Of a DNA stretch of 64,000 nt, positions 1 to 10,000 are shown piece by piece; the first letter of the stretch is position 1, and every line of letters begins with the position of its first letter. The stretch lies in the NCBI GenBank assembly GCA_002780005.1, contig PEWV01000025.1:25150-89149 (forward strand), written 5' to 3'. The position numbers and the translations under genes are program-made. The DNA comes from Candidatus Aquitaenariimonas noxiae (lineage in GTDB: Bacteria; Omnitrophota; Gorgyraeia; Aquitaenariimonadales; Aquitaenariimonadaceae). A model generated the notes under the pieces. The model worked only from the letters and a program-made list of their open reading frames with translations, was not told the DNA's origin and ran no database searches.

Positions 1-501
1 TGCCGGGGAATTCGCGCCCAATACCCTTGCGGTTTCGAACTCATCGGTTTGGAGCGGCGCTTCTTCTCTTGCCGGTACGGCAAGAGGTCTAAAAATTGGC
101 TTCCCGCCCTCTTGGTAACCTATAATATAGACGCCGCCGCCTAAATCTTCATGCAGTGTAACTCTGAAAGAATATCCCTCACCCGGCACAGCTTCTATGC
201 TTTGCAGCATACCTGTATTCTCTGCGGCATAAGTAGCTAGCTGCTGCAAGGCTTCGGCTTGAGGGATCCCCCTTTCATGCTGAGCCTGTATAAGCCTGCC
301 TATAACGGAAACGCACGCGTATGCGCGCGGATTTTCTCCGAGTTCTTTTACTATTTCATCCGGGCAGAATGTCGTCGGCTGTTTCAGAGAAAAACTTATC
401 CTGTCCCTGGAAATTTCCGCTACACCCGCGCTCTGGCAGAGAAATATCCACGTCATTATAAGTGAAGCTAATCTTATGAGTTTTTTATTCCTCATATGCA
501 T
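1..501 (-). CDS. N-terminal 167 aa of a fourth giant paralog (signal peptide plus conserved N-module); the gene continues beyond the window start
   Basis: ATG at 499-501 (minus), 6 nt downstream of the TAA of the preceding giant gene (508-510). Translation MHMRNKKLIRLASLIMTWIFLCQSAGVAE..KQPTTFCPDEIV..VPGEGYSFRVTLHEDLGGGVYIIGYQEGGKPIFRP parallels the N-terminus of the 508..11595 protein. The DNA 1..470 aligns with 11200..11590 at roughly 75% identity. Confidence 0.6.
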   Translation of the reverse strand, partial: MHMRNKKLIRLASLIMTWIFLCQSAGVAEISRDRISFSLKQPTTFCPDEIVKELGENPRAYACVSVIGRLIQAQHERGIPQAEALQQLATYAAENTGMLQSIEAVPGEGYSFRVTLHEDLGGGVYIIGYQEGGKPIFRPLAVPAREEAPLQTDEFETARVLGANSPA

Positions 502-507
502 CTTCTG

Positions 508-1038
508 TTACGCCTTTCCTATAAATTCAGCCTCTTCGTCATATCTTTGCCTCAATTCATCGCTCGTAAGCGGTTTCGCGCCTTCCTGGACGCTCAGAAT
601 AAGTTTCAAAATACCATTTTCTTCGCTTTCGGCGACGTACGGTATCGGCTCATGCGGCTTATTCAATAATCGCTTTAAAGCTAATTCTATTATTCTGGTA
701 ACAGGTATATATTGATTTAGACTTTCCCCTTCAATCACTTGGCTATCGTCTACAGAAACAATTTGAGCCTTACCGGCCAAAGAATCAAACATATGTTTCC
801 CCCTATTAGACTCTTTTACAACAGAGACGACCCTTACCTTTTTGCCTGCTTTTTCCGCATCTCTTATATAACTATTTACTCGCGCTGATAGTTCGGTGCC
901 ATCGCTTGCAATTACTACTAAATTCGAAAGGCCTTCTTGGTCTTTGAGTTCGGCCAATACTTTTAGCAGATTCGGGGCATAACTACCTAAATTTCCTATT
1001 GTCGTATCTATGCCCACTAATATCTCTTCGCCGTCCTC
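508..1038 (-). other. conserved C-terminal module (~175 aa) shared by the giant paralogs, copy 1
   Basis: EILVGIDTTIGNLGSYAPNLL..NLVVIASDGTELSARVNSY..KKVRVVSVVKESNRGKHMFDSL..QIVSVDD..YIPVTRIIELAL..KPHEPIPYV..ENGILKLILSVQEGAKPL..RYDEEAEFIGKA* is about 60-65% identical to the C-termini of the 11597..24508 and 24511..34656 proteins. Confidence 0.75.
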
Positions 1039-4000
1039 TTGCGCGGGTTTTGCCAGTCCTCTTAAACTGCTGACAAAGCTTCTAGCTTCTGCTGCTAAAG
1101 ACTGACCCTCGAATGCGCGGCACAAGGCATCGTATAAAACAGGTCCGTCCCGATAATGGTATTGGATACCCGATATCCCGGCTGATCTTGCGGTAGTTAC
1201 ATAATCTTCGACATCGTCTATAAAGACCGCGCGGTCAGCGCTCACGCCGGCCCTTTCCAATGCAGTTTCGAATATCCTTTTGTCAGTTTTCATGCAACCG
1301 ACATCGCATGAAGCAATAACGCCGTCGGCTATCCCGAAGATATCTTTGTATTTGGATGGCATATAGTCCCGATGGATCGGGTTTGTATTAGTAATAATAA
1401 ATATCTTATATCCTCTCTCTTTGAGCGCGGCCATCATATCTGCAACGGGCTGGTTCGCTTCGTATATATCTGAGAATATCGGCATAAATTCCTCAAATGT
1501 CATATTGAGGTTAAAAATCTTTTTCAGATTCTGGAAATATGCCTCAGGCGTTACCTGTCCGCTTTCAAATGGAACCAATATCTCATCGGAAAGTATTTTT
1601 TGATAAATAAAATCTTCCGTCTTGTCGGAATATTGCGCGAGAGCCCGCGTCGCTCTGTGGTAATCGACTTTTAATAATATATTACCAGCGTCAAAGAATA
1701 CGGTATTGACAGCTGCCGGAGCAGGAAATTCGTATGCAACCCGTGAACTCTCTGCCTGAGTTGCCAAAGCGCTGAAAGCACTCGTGTCGTTCACCTCGAT
1801 GCCCTGTGACGCCAGAATACGTTCAAAGCGTTTCAAGAATTCCATTCCCATTTCGGCGCGTGTCAGATTTGTATCGTTAGGTTCTCTCGGGTCAAGCTCA
1901 AAATACTTATCGCCGACAAGAAAATCGGCGAGGAACCTGTCGCACCAGGTATGATAATATTCCAATATATAGCGGTATGCATACCATTTCATGAGCCCTC
2001 TATCAATGCGATTAGTCTGGCCCAGTTCTATGTAACCATCTATAATGCAGTCCGCGAGATAATCAACAATACTCATTAAAAGTTGCGGGTCATCATTTAT
2101 ATCGCCATAATTCATCACAACCATATATGTCGTTGTGCGAATTGCGATAGCTAAATCATTAAAAAGTCTGGCCGGTTGAGTACTGTCCGGATCTAGCCAG
2201 GAAGCTACATATAATTCACCCGTATCGGGTTTTCTTTTAAAGATCGCGTTTTTAGGCCTCACATCATTATTATATATGCCGGTACCTATATTTACCTCGT
2301 TATCCGGAAGATAGCGCCTCGCATTAAGATCATCAAGGAGAGGAGATACGCGTTTTTCATATCCGGACATCCTATCTCGCTGCAATTCAACTTTTCGCGA
2401 CGAATCCTGGCTGAGACTTAATGTAACACGTTCGCCGCTTAGGACAGAATTCAGATACGACCAATGGTATTTAAGCGATGTCATGTTAGGCAGGGGCGTC
2501 ATCCATTGATCCGACTCTATTGAATTATACATATTATCTATTACAGCTATGGATCTGCCTATATTGTAAATCGCTGTAAGCAGGTCTCTTTCCGGAATGT
2601 CTTCTAAGGTGAGGTATGTTTCTATTTCACCCGGGATCCCCTTACTCACGCGCCATACAGCCCCATCAGCGTCGCGGTACAGCTTTGTTAAAACCCCGCT
2701 GCGACATGCGCTTTTAACATTAAGAAAATCTAATCGATCCCAGTCTTCCGGCAAGACTGTCTCATTCTGCAATCGTTCCAATAATTGTAAGTTATGATCC
2801 ATTGCCTCAACGTTAAAAACTGAGTTGATTTTCTGAACAAAATACTGATATTCAATGCCTTCCTCTTTAATAACCAGACGGTAGGTACGGTTGATAAGAC
2901 CGAATTCGATTGTTTGACATGTGCAATTTTGAGGTGAAGCCTCATATGTGTTTTCAAATGCGTTAAAAATATCCATTACTTCTTTTGCCTCAAGGGTCGG
3001 TGTAACAGCAGACGACTCAACGCCTGCCCTGCCTTCAACGCTCACTCCGGTTTCGGCATCGCGTTCGGCCTTTATGACCCTGCGCCTTGATTCCATAACT
3101 TTGAAAGCCGCTTCGCAAATATTCGGCAAGCCGGAAGCAGCAACGCCGTAAAACCCGTATTGCTGTATAAGAAGGCGAATAAAATAAGGAATACCCGGTT
3201 GCTGCATGTCTTCCTTTAATGCAGCTGACGAAAGGCCATCTATCGGATTTTGTATAGTTGCAAGTGGAATTACAGACTCTACGCTTTCAAGCCTCTTTTG
3301 CAATTCCTCACGGTGATTTTGCCGCGATATCAATGCGACACCAATGCTATGCGAAGGCGACAATCTTTGCTCCGTCACCAATGGTTCAAATCTCCGCCAT
3401 AATTCATCTCCGTACTCGTCGCCGCCGATGTAATATGCATTAACTCCTATATCAGGATTTACATCCAAAATCTCAGGAATATATTGAACGCTTGTATCGT
3501 CTCTTTTTGAGCCGATGGGTGAAAATTGAACGATCGGCGCAAGACGGCTTGTCATCGCCTCTATAAGGCCAAAACGAACTGATTCGCTAGACAATCCGGA
3601 TTTATATGTCGGGGCGCCTCGCGATATTATAATTAATTTATCCAATTTTAAATCAACTATACTTTGAAGCATGACTGCCAAATGACCCCAGTGCGGCGGG
3701 TCACCCGCGATCGGATAAAATCCCACGCGAAGCGGCCGGTCCGGCAAGGCGCCGGATATTACATTTGTATCAGGGTCAAAACTAATTTCGGGGTGTATTT
3801 CGCCGGATTCTATCAAGCCTTGGATTTGCGTCAATAATGCATTAATCGTTGTTTCTATTTCCGCTAATTTTTGACGGCCGGGCTCTGCAACTATAAGCCC
3901 TTCCAGTTCGAGGTCCAGATCGAAAATACCCGGCGCTAAAATCGAGGGCGCTGTTTTAGCGGCGCCTAAAATCTTACGGATTTCATCCGCCGCTTTACCA

Positions 4001-7000
4001 AGTTTCGCCCTATCGTAGCTCCAGTGCTGTAAAAGGCGGTCATTATCTATTTGTATATTACAAATTCTATTTAGAGTTTCTGCGTCTTGAATTTGAAAGA
4101 ATAATGGCGAGAGGCGATATTGCGTAGACTTGCCTGGCCTGGGCGGCTCGATAAGCTGAAGTATGCCTAGCCGCTCCAAGGCTCTTAATTCATTTGAGAT
4201 TGTGCTCCTAGCGTAAGGTTTACCCGTCTTAGAGTTTTCGCTTCTCCATTTTGGGACATCCGCAGTACCATTTATAGCGCTCGTAATCGTTATTGGTTTA
4301 TCTCTTAGGGTGTCCCTGCTACCAAACAAATCCCGCAGCGCTTCGGCCGGCGAGCCTTCAGGACCTTTCGCTTGCATGAACTTGCTTTGCACCTCGGCAA
4401 AAATCGCATAGGCGTCTTGTCCGCCTTCTAGCGCTAAATATTCATCATGCCGCTCTTCCATAAGGCCGTCTATTATTCTACGCGCCTCATCACTCACGCG
4501 ATTATATTTTTCATGCACTTCTGCGCTGAATTCTTCTTCTCTGCCCTTACTCCTTAAATCCATAAGGTCATTTGTAAATAATACCGGCGTAAAGAACGAC
4601 ATAGCATCCGCATCCCTTAAGACCGCAGAATCTTCTATTAAATGCGCCAGCGTAGCTTCTTGGGCCGGTAAGGGTTCAGGCATAGTGTCTTTTCTTATGC
4701 CTTTCTCGTGGTTTCGTATCAGCAAATCCACGTTCGCTATTAATCTTGGGTCTATTCCTAATAATTCCAATAGCGACCTTGCAAAATCTGCGGCCATACG
4801 GGGATGTTGTATCGGTTTATAATAATTCTGATGCCGCGGGCTATCAACCGGAGGCTCATCCTTGATCGCGACATAATACCCGTCAAAGAACCTGTCAGCG
4901 TCGTGCAGCATTGACGCGATCAATAATTCGGGCGATGGTTCGGCCGCTAGCCTTCTAACAACATCCGGGAGCGCCTGCATGTGAGGCGACATATTTGCCC
5001 TGAATAATGGGTCCGAACAATTGGTGATTTCGCATAATCTTCCCAATAACCATTCGACTTCACTGACAGCTTCATCGCCGGTTACAATTCGTTCTTCCCT
5101 GGCACTAACCTTTTCTTCTATTTCCTCTCTTAATTTCACAAGTTGCGCGTCAGAATCCTCTTTATTCGCGGGATCGGCAAAAGCTTCTTCGTATTTTACG
5201 CCATCTAGTCCAACCCCTATGGTAGACTGCACCGCATAAATACCTTCGATCGTAACTTCTGGCGCACCTTCAGGCACTTCAGCTTCACCTTCGATAGCTG
5301 CAGTTATCGTAGCATCAAGATGGTTCCCTGCCTTATCCTGGACCTCTGAGACCTCTCCGTTCTTTACAATTATGATAATTTCTTCATTTGCGTGCCCCGG
5401 CACTTTTATGCGTGAAGTTTTTCCTCCGGGCCCGACCTTGCCTCCTATATCTTTAGTCGCCATTGCGCCCAGGCGAACTCTTTTAATAATGTGATCTTTA
5501 AGTTCGGCAAGCTTCTCCGGTGAAAGCATCTCCCAAAAAGAATCCACTAATTGGCCTTCGGCATTATAAATGAGCGCAAAATTGCAAGTATCTAAAACCT
5601 CCCTACCGGCTCCTAATATTCTCACCTGAGTCACCACGCCATCGATCAAATCAATCTCGACCTCATGCCCTTTATAATTAGTAAACGCTGCCCAATGCTT
5701 GCCTAAATGCAAACCTCCGGAAACATCGTTCAGCCAGAAATGCTTAATAGTGCATGTCCCGAACTCTTTAAGGTCATCAATTGTATCTACCCGGAAAAAT
5801 GATGCCTTCAAATTACCTTCAGGGTCATAAACTAGACTATACCGCCTATCTTGTCCCTCGACTATATTACCTGCGCCATCGAGCAAAGTCGCCCTGCTCA
5901 CGATACCATTCTCAACGACAGTCAGGGCCCCTCGATGATCCGGATACTTATCTATCGGGTATTGTGAAAACACAACAGCGCCCTGGCCGGCTGGGCCGCC
6001 TAGATTTATTACGCCGGCCTTATTTAGTTTAAATCGTTTTATCGTAACATTTTTCAGGCTTAAATATGTCCCTTCTGCAAGCGTATCCCAGAAAGAATTG
6101 AACAATTCTCCTTTTTCGTCATACATAAGCGCAAACTCATGATCTTCGAGTAAGTTATCTTCCTCATCGTATATCCGCACCCTATCATATTGACCTTGGA
6201 TCACATCCAGCTCAACTTTCTTACTCTTATGTTTTGAGAAATGAGGAATAGGTTTTTTCTTTGCTCCTACCGCAAGATTGCCGAACTTATCCAGGCGTAA
6301 ACCCCTTATTGTAACACCGTCATATTCTTTAAACCTTGTAGAGCTGAGATTGCGAAGGAAGGAATCAACGAGTTTGCCGGACTTCTTATCGTAGACTAAG
6401 CAGAATGGCCGAGGAGTCCTTTCGCCTGTCTCTTCATTCACAAGTGTAACTTCCCAAATTTGGCCTTCTCTAACTTCGATAACCGCCTGGTGATATTTAT
6501 AACCTTCTCCCATCTTTACATTTCGTCCGCCTATGGTTAATGTACCATCTTCTTTAACATAGTGATCCCGGATCTCTACGTTGTTCAATTTAGCAAATTC
6601 CGGTTTTTCGATCTTTCCATGGAACGTCTTCACCAATGTTCCGTCAGGCCTATATATAGTACCCAACTGAATGAATTCCACCAATTTGTCACTATCATCA
6701 AATATCCACACCCTATAAGGATGGCCTTGGAGGACTTCGAACTGAACTTTATGTCCAGGATAGTTGCCGAATCTGAACACGTCTACGCCCCCGATACCCA
6801 ATTCGCCTTGCGGTTTTAAATTATTTCCTGTAATGACTACTCCATCATCCAAAGTCGCTAATTGCTCTATGGTGAATTGATCCGAATTGGCAAAGAGCTT
6901 TTTCCTGCTTGAAAGAAGCGCTTGAGCTAAAACCAATCTTTCTTCCTCAGGTGCGGAAAGTATGCTCTGCACCGTAGGAGCCGTTGCTACTGTGGGAACT

Positions 7001-10000
7001 GTTACCGCATCCATGTACAGAGTCATATCAGGGGCGGCAGTAACCGCTTCCATCTGCGATGTTGTAAATTCAGTATCTATCCAGCCCAGGGTAAGGTTAT
7101 ATTTTGCCTCGAGGTATGGCACGAGGGCATAGAGTTCGCCCGGTTTATTAATATCTAGGCGCCGGGTCATTTCCAGCTGGCCTTGGCGGCCTGTAAAATT
7201 TGCCGGCACTTGAGCCAGCAACGCTTCCAGCCTATCCAGTCTTTCAACAGTACACCTTATATCGTGCCAACCGTATTCGCTTATAAACTCAGGTTCGCCG
7301 AATATTCTATACATGTCAGCTAGATTGCTTACGTGGACAGTTTTCGCGACCTCTATCATCCCGGCAACACCCCTATAAGAAGCAGGGGCTGCCTCGAGCA
7401 TGTCCTTTAAATCCCAGAATTTTATCCAACCGACCTGTTGGATCTGGATACCCAAACGACTGCGTACCTCTCTTGAAAGCCTTTCGCAAATCTTGGGGCT
7501 CGCTAATATCTGTGCCCTTCCAAGCCTTATATAACCGCGCTCCACGGCAAGCTCAATATCTCTGGCCAGATAAAAACCTGACTGGCGGCCGGTATATAGC
7601 TCGAGGTTATTCAAATTTTTCAGATCTATCTGGCCCCATCGTGTATTAAACACCTCTCTACCGTCAGGAACTATCACCCTTTCCCCGTGTTCCATTGCCT
7701 GCATTAATTCGTCCAGGCTGTAAACACGCGCCTTGGCCCGGCGTTCATTTATCGCCTGACTAAGGTCTTGGGTAGCGAAACTATTCTGCCGCAATCCTTG
7801 AATATAATTTCTTGCATGCGCAAGAATTAATTTCTTTTCTCCTGCCCCGAAATTGATCGTTAAAACCCTCTCCTCGCCTTTGCCTTCAACGCTGATTATC
7901 CGCCCTTCGCCGTAATGCAGATGCCATATCTTCTGGCCCGGCAAGAGAAGCGGCGGCAGCCTGTTTCCGTGCCTTTGTGTAAATTCCTCCCATTCCCTAT
8001 CAAGCTTTCCCCGGCCCCGGGTACGGGCCGCATTTTCGACTAGTTCCTGCGCATATCTACCAGGCTCGGGTCCGGAATAGTCTGCCATTGTGCGCAATAT
8101 AGAAGATGCCTGCCACGGGTTAATAATTTGTAAATAAACGAAGCGCTCTAATTCCGCGGCGTAGGCTTCATAATCAAAACGTTCAGGAAAACCTACCTCT
8201 CCACCTGTTGTTTCTTCAAAAACGCTAAATTCTCCGCGAGTCAGCTTTCCCTCATGCGCCGAAAGCTTTAGATTCGCCCTGCGTTCGGCCAAGCCTAACT
8301 GTTGATTTATATAGCTTCTTATGCACTCCCGCAATAGCCCTTCATTTTCGTATGGGCCTTGGTAATTTTCAGGGAAGGCCTTTTTTTGGATCTCGCGGCA
8401 GGCCTCGTGGTCGTAAAACGATTCTAGCGCTTCGTGTAAAAGATATTCGGCAACTAAAGAAGTTTTAGTTTCCCCGGAGCTATAACTTTCCACATGCGAA
8501 AGATATCGCACGAAATCTGCGGCATAGCCTAACATCACCCGCTGGCCGCCTAATCTTTCGCCATTCATTGAAATATTTCTTAAAAGCGGGGCGTGTGAAT
8601 TAAATCCCAATACAAAATTATCTTCCTCTGGCGGGATATCCCTTGAGGTAATAATAACAGACCCGAATTCATACATATTTTTAGGTATAAGAGTCATCAT
8701 AATTCCATTTATCTCGTCTTCGCTCAAAAGTCCTTTGAGGCGCGCCCTTATAAATCTGCGCAGATTGTTTAACGGAATATTGGTGTGCCTAAAATTAAAA
8801 GGTTCTATGTCCCCGTTTTCTATTATGCTTTGCAATTCTTCAAGCGCGATCTCGCCTTTTAAAATATATCCGCCGGCAGTATCAGCAGGGCCTGTTGCCT
8901 GGCCCTCCATACCAAGGAGAGGAACAAACCTGTATTCCATGATCTCCCGCGCTAACATAACCGTCTCCTCGCCTGACTCGTCTTCTTTTGCTCTCTTCTG
9001 TATTAAATTAAGAGTGCCTCTTCCGGTTTTTCCTGTAATGGGTATAACTATAGCCCCACCGTCTTTAAGCTCGTCTCTCAAGGCAGCCGGTAAACGGGGC
9101 GCGCCTGCTGTAACCATTATTCCGTCAAAACTCATTTCTTCTCTGAAAAGCGGAGCGCTTCCGTCCCCTACAATAACGTGCACATTATTCCTGCCGGCCC
9201 TGGTTATATTCTTATGGGCATCCTTAGCAAGGCGCTCCAGGGTCTCAACCGTATAAACCTCTTTCACTAAAGATCCTAAAATAGCTGCCTGCCAACCGCT
9301 GCCGGTCCCAATTTCTAAAATAACCGCATTTCTATAATCAGGAATGTTCTCGATTAAGAGCGCTGTCATTTCTGCAACCATAATAGGGCTGGAAATTGCC
9401 TGCCCTGGTAGCGGAGAACTTTCATAAGCAGAAGCTATAAGCCCCGGAGGAATAAAATTGTGGCGCCTATTCTCCATCATGGCATTAATAACATCTCTCA
9501 CTATATCTTCCCTGTGATTTCTCTTTAAGAGTTCCTCCTTTATGCTTGCATAAAGCATCGCCTCTTTACTTTGAAGTTCTTCTTCAGTCATATCTCGGCT
9601 GGCCATCAGTTTATGGGTCACTGCTTCTGAAACAAGTCCAAAAGCTGGTAAATGCGTAACTGAATCTTGCAAAGAGGTTATATCGCGTGACATACTGTCT
9701 ATTCTTGAGATAAGAGGAAGGGTGTGTTCGCCTCCTCTTCTTACAAGGATCCCCCTTGCAGCATTAAAGCCAACTGTCAGCGTACTCATGCAGGATAAAA
9801 ATGCCTCGCCACTCCAGCGATTTAAGCCCTCAATCTTTATTCCGCGAAGATCTTGCAACACGCGGCTGATTAATGTCAATAATGCCCTTATTTGAGGAAT
9901 CCCGGCATCGCCGATATCAGCTGATAAGGTTTCAATGTTTTGGATTAAATTTCTTACAGCCTCCTCGGCTTTAGCTGCTTCCCCTCCGGGCCCTTTTTCG

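Noticed and set aside
8735-9256. Plus-strand ORFs of 60-220 aa overlapping the giant genes and other minus-strand genes (for example 8735..9256, 30962..31543, 50465..51127)
   Set aside because: Every one lies antisense to a strongly supported long minus-strand CDS. Their products are low-complexity and rich in Ser, Pro and Ala, as expected from reverse frames of GC-rich coding DNA. None has its own signals or recognisable motifs.
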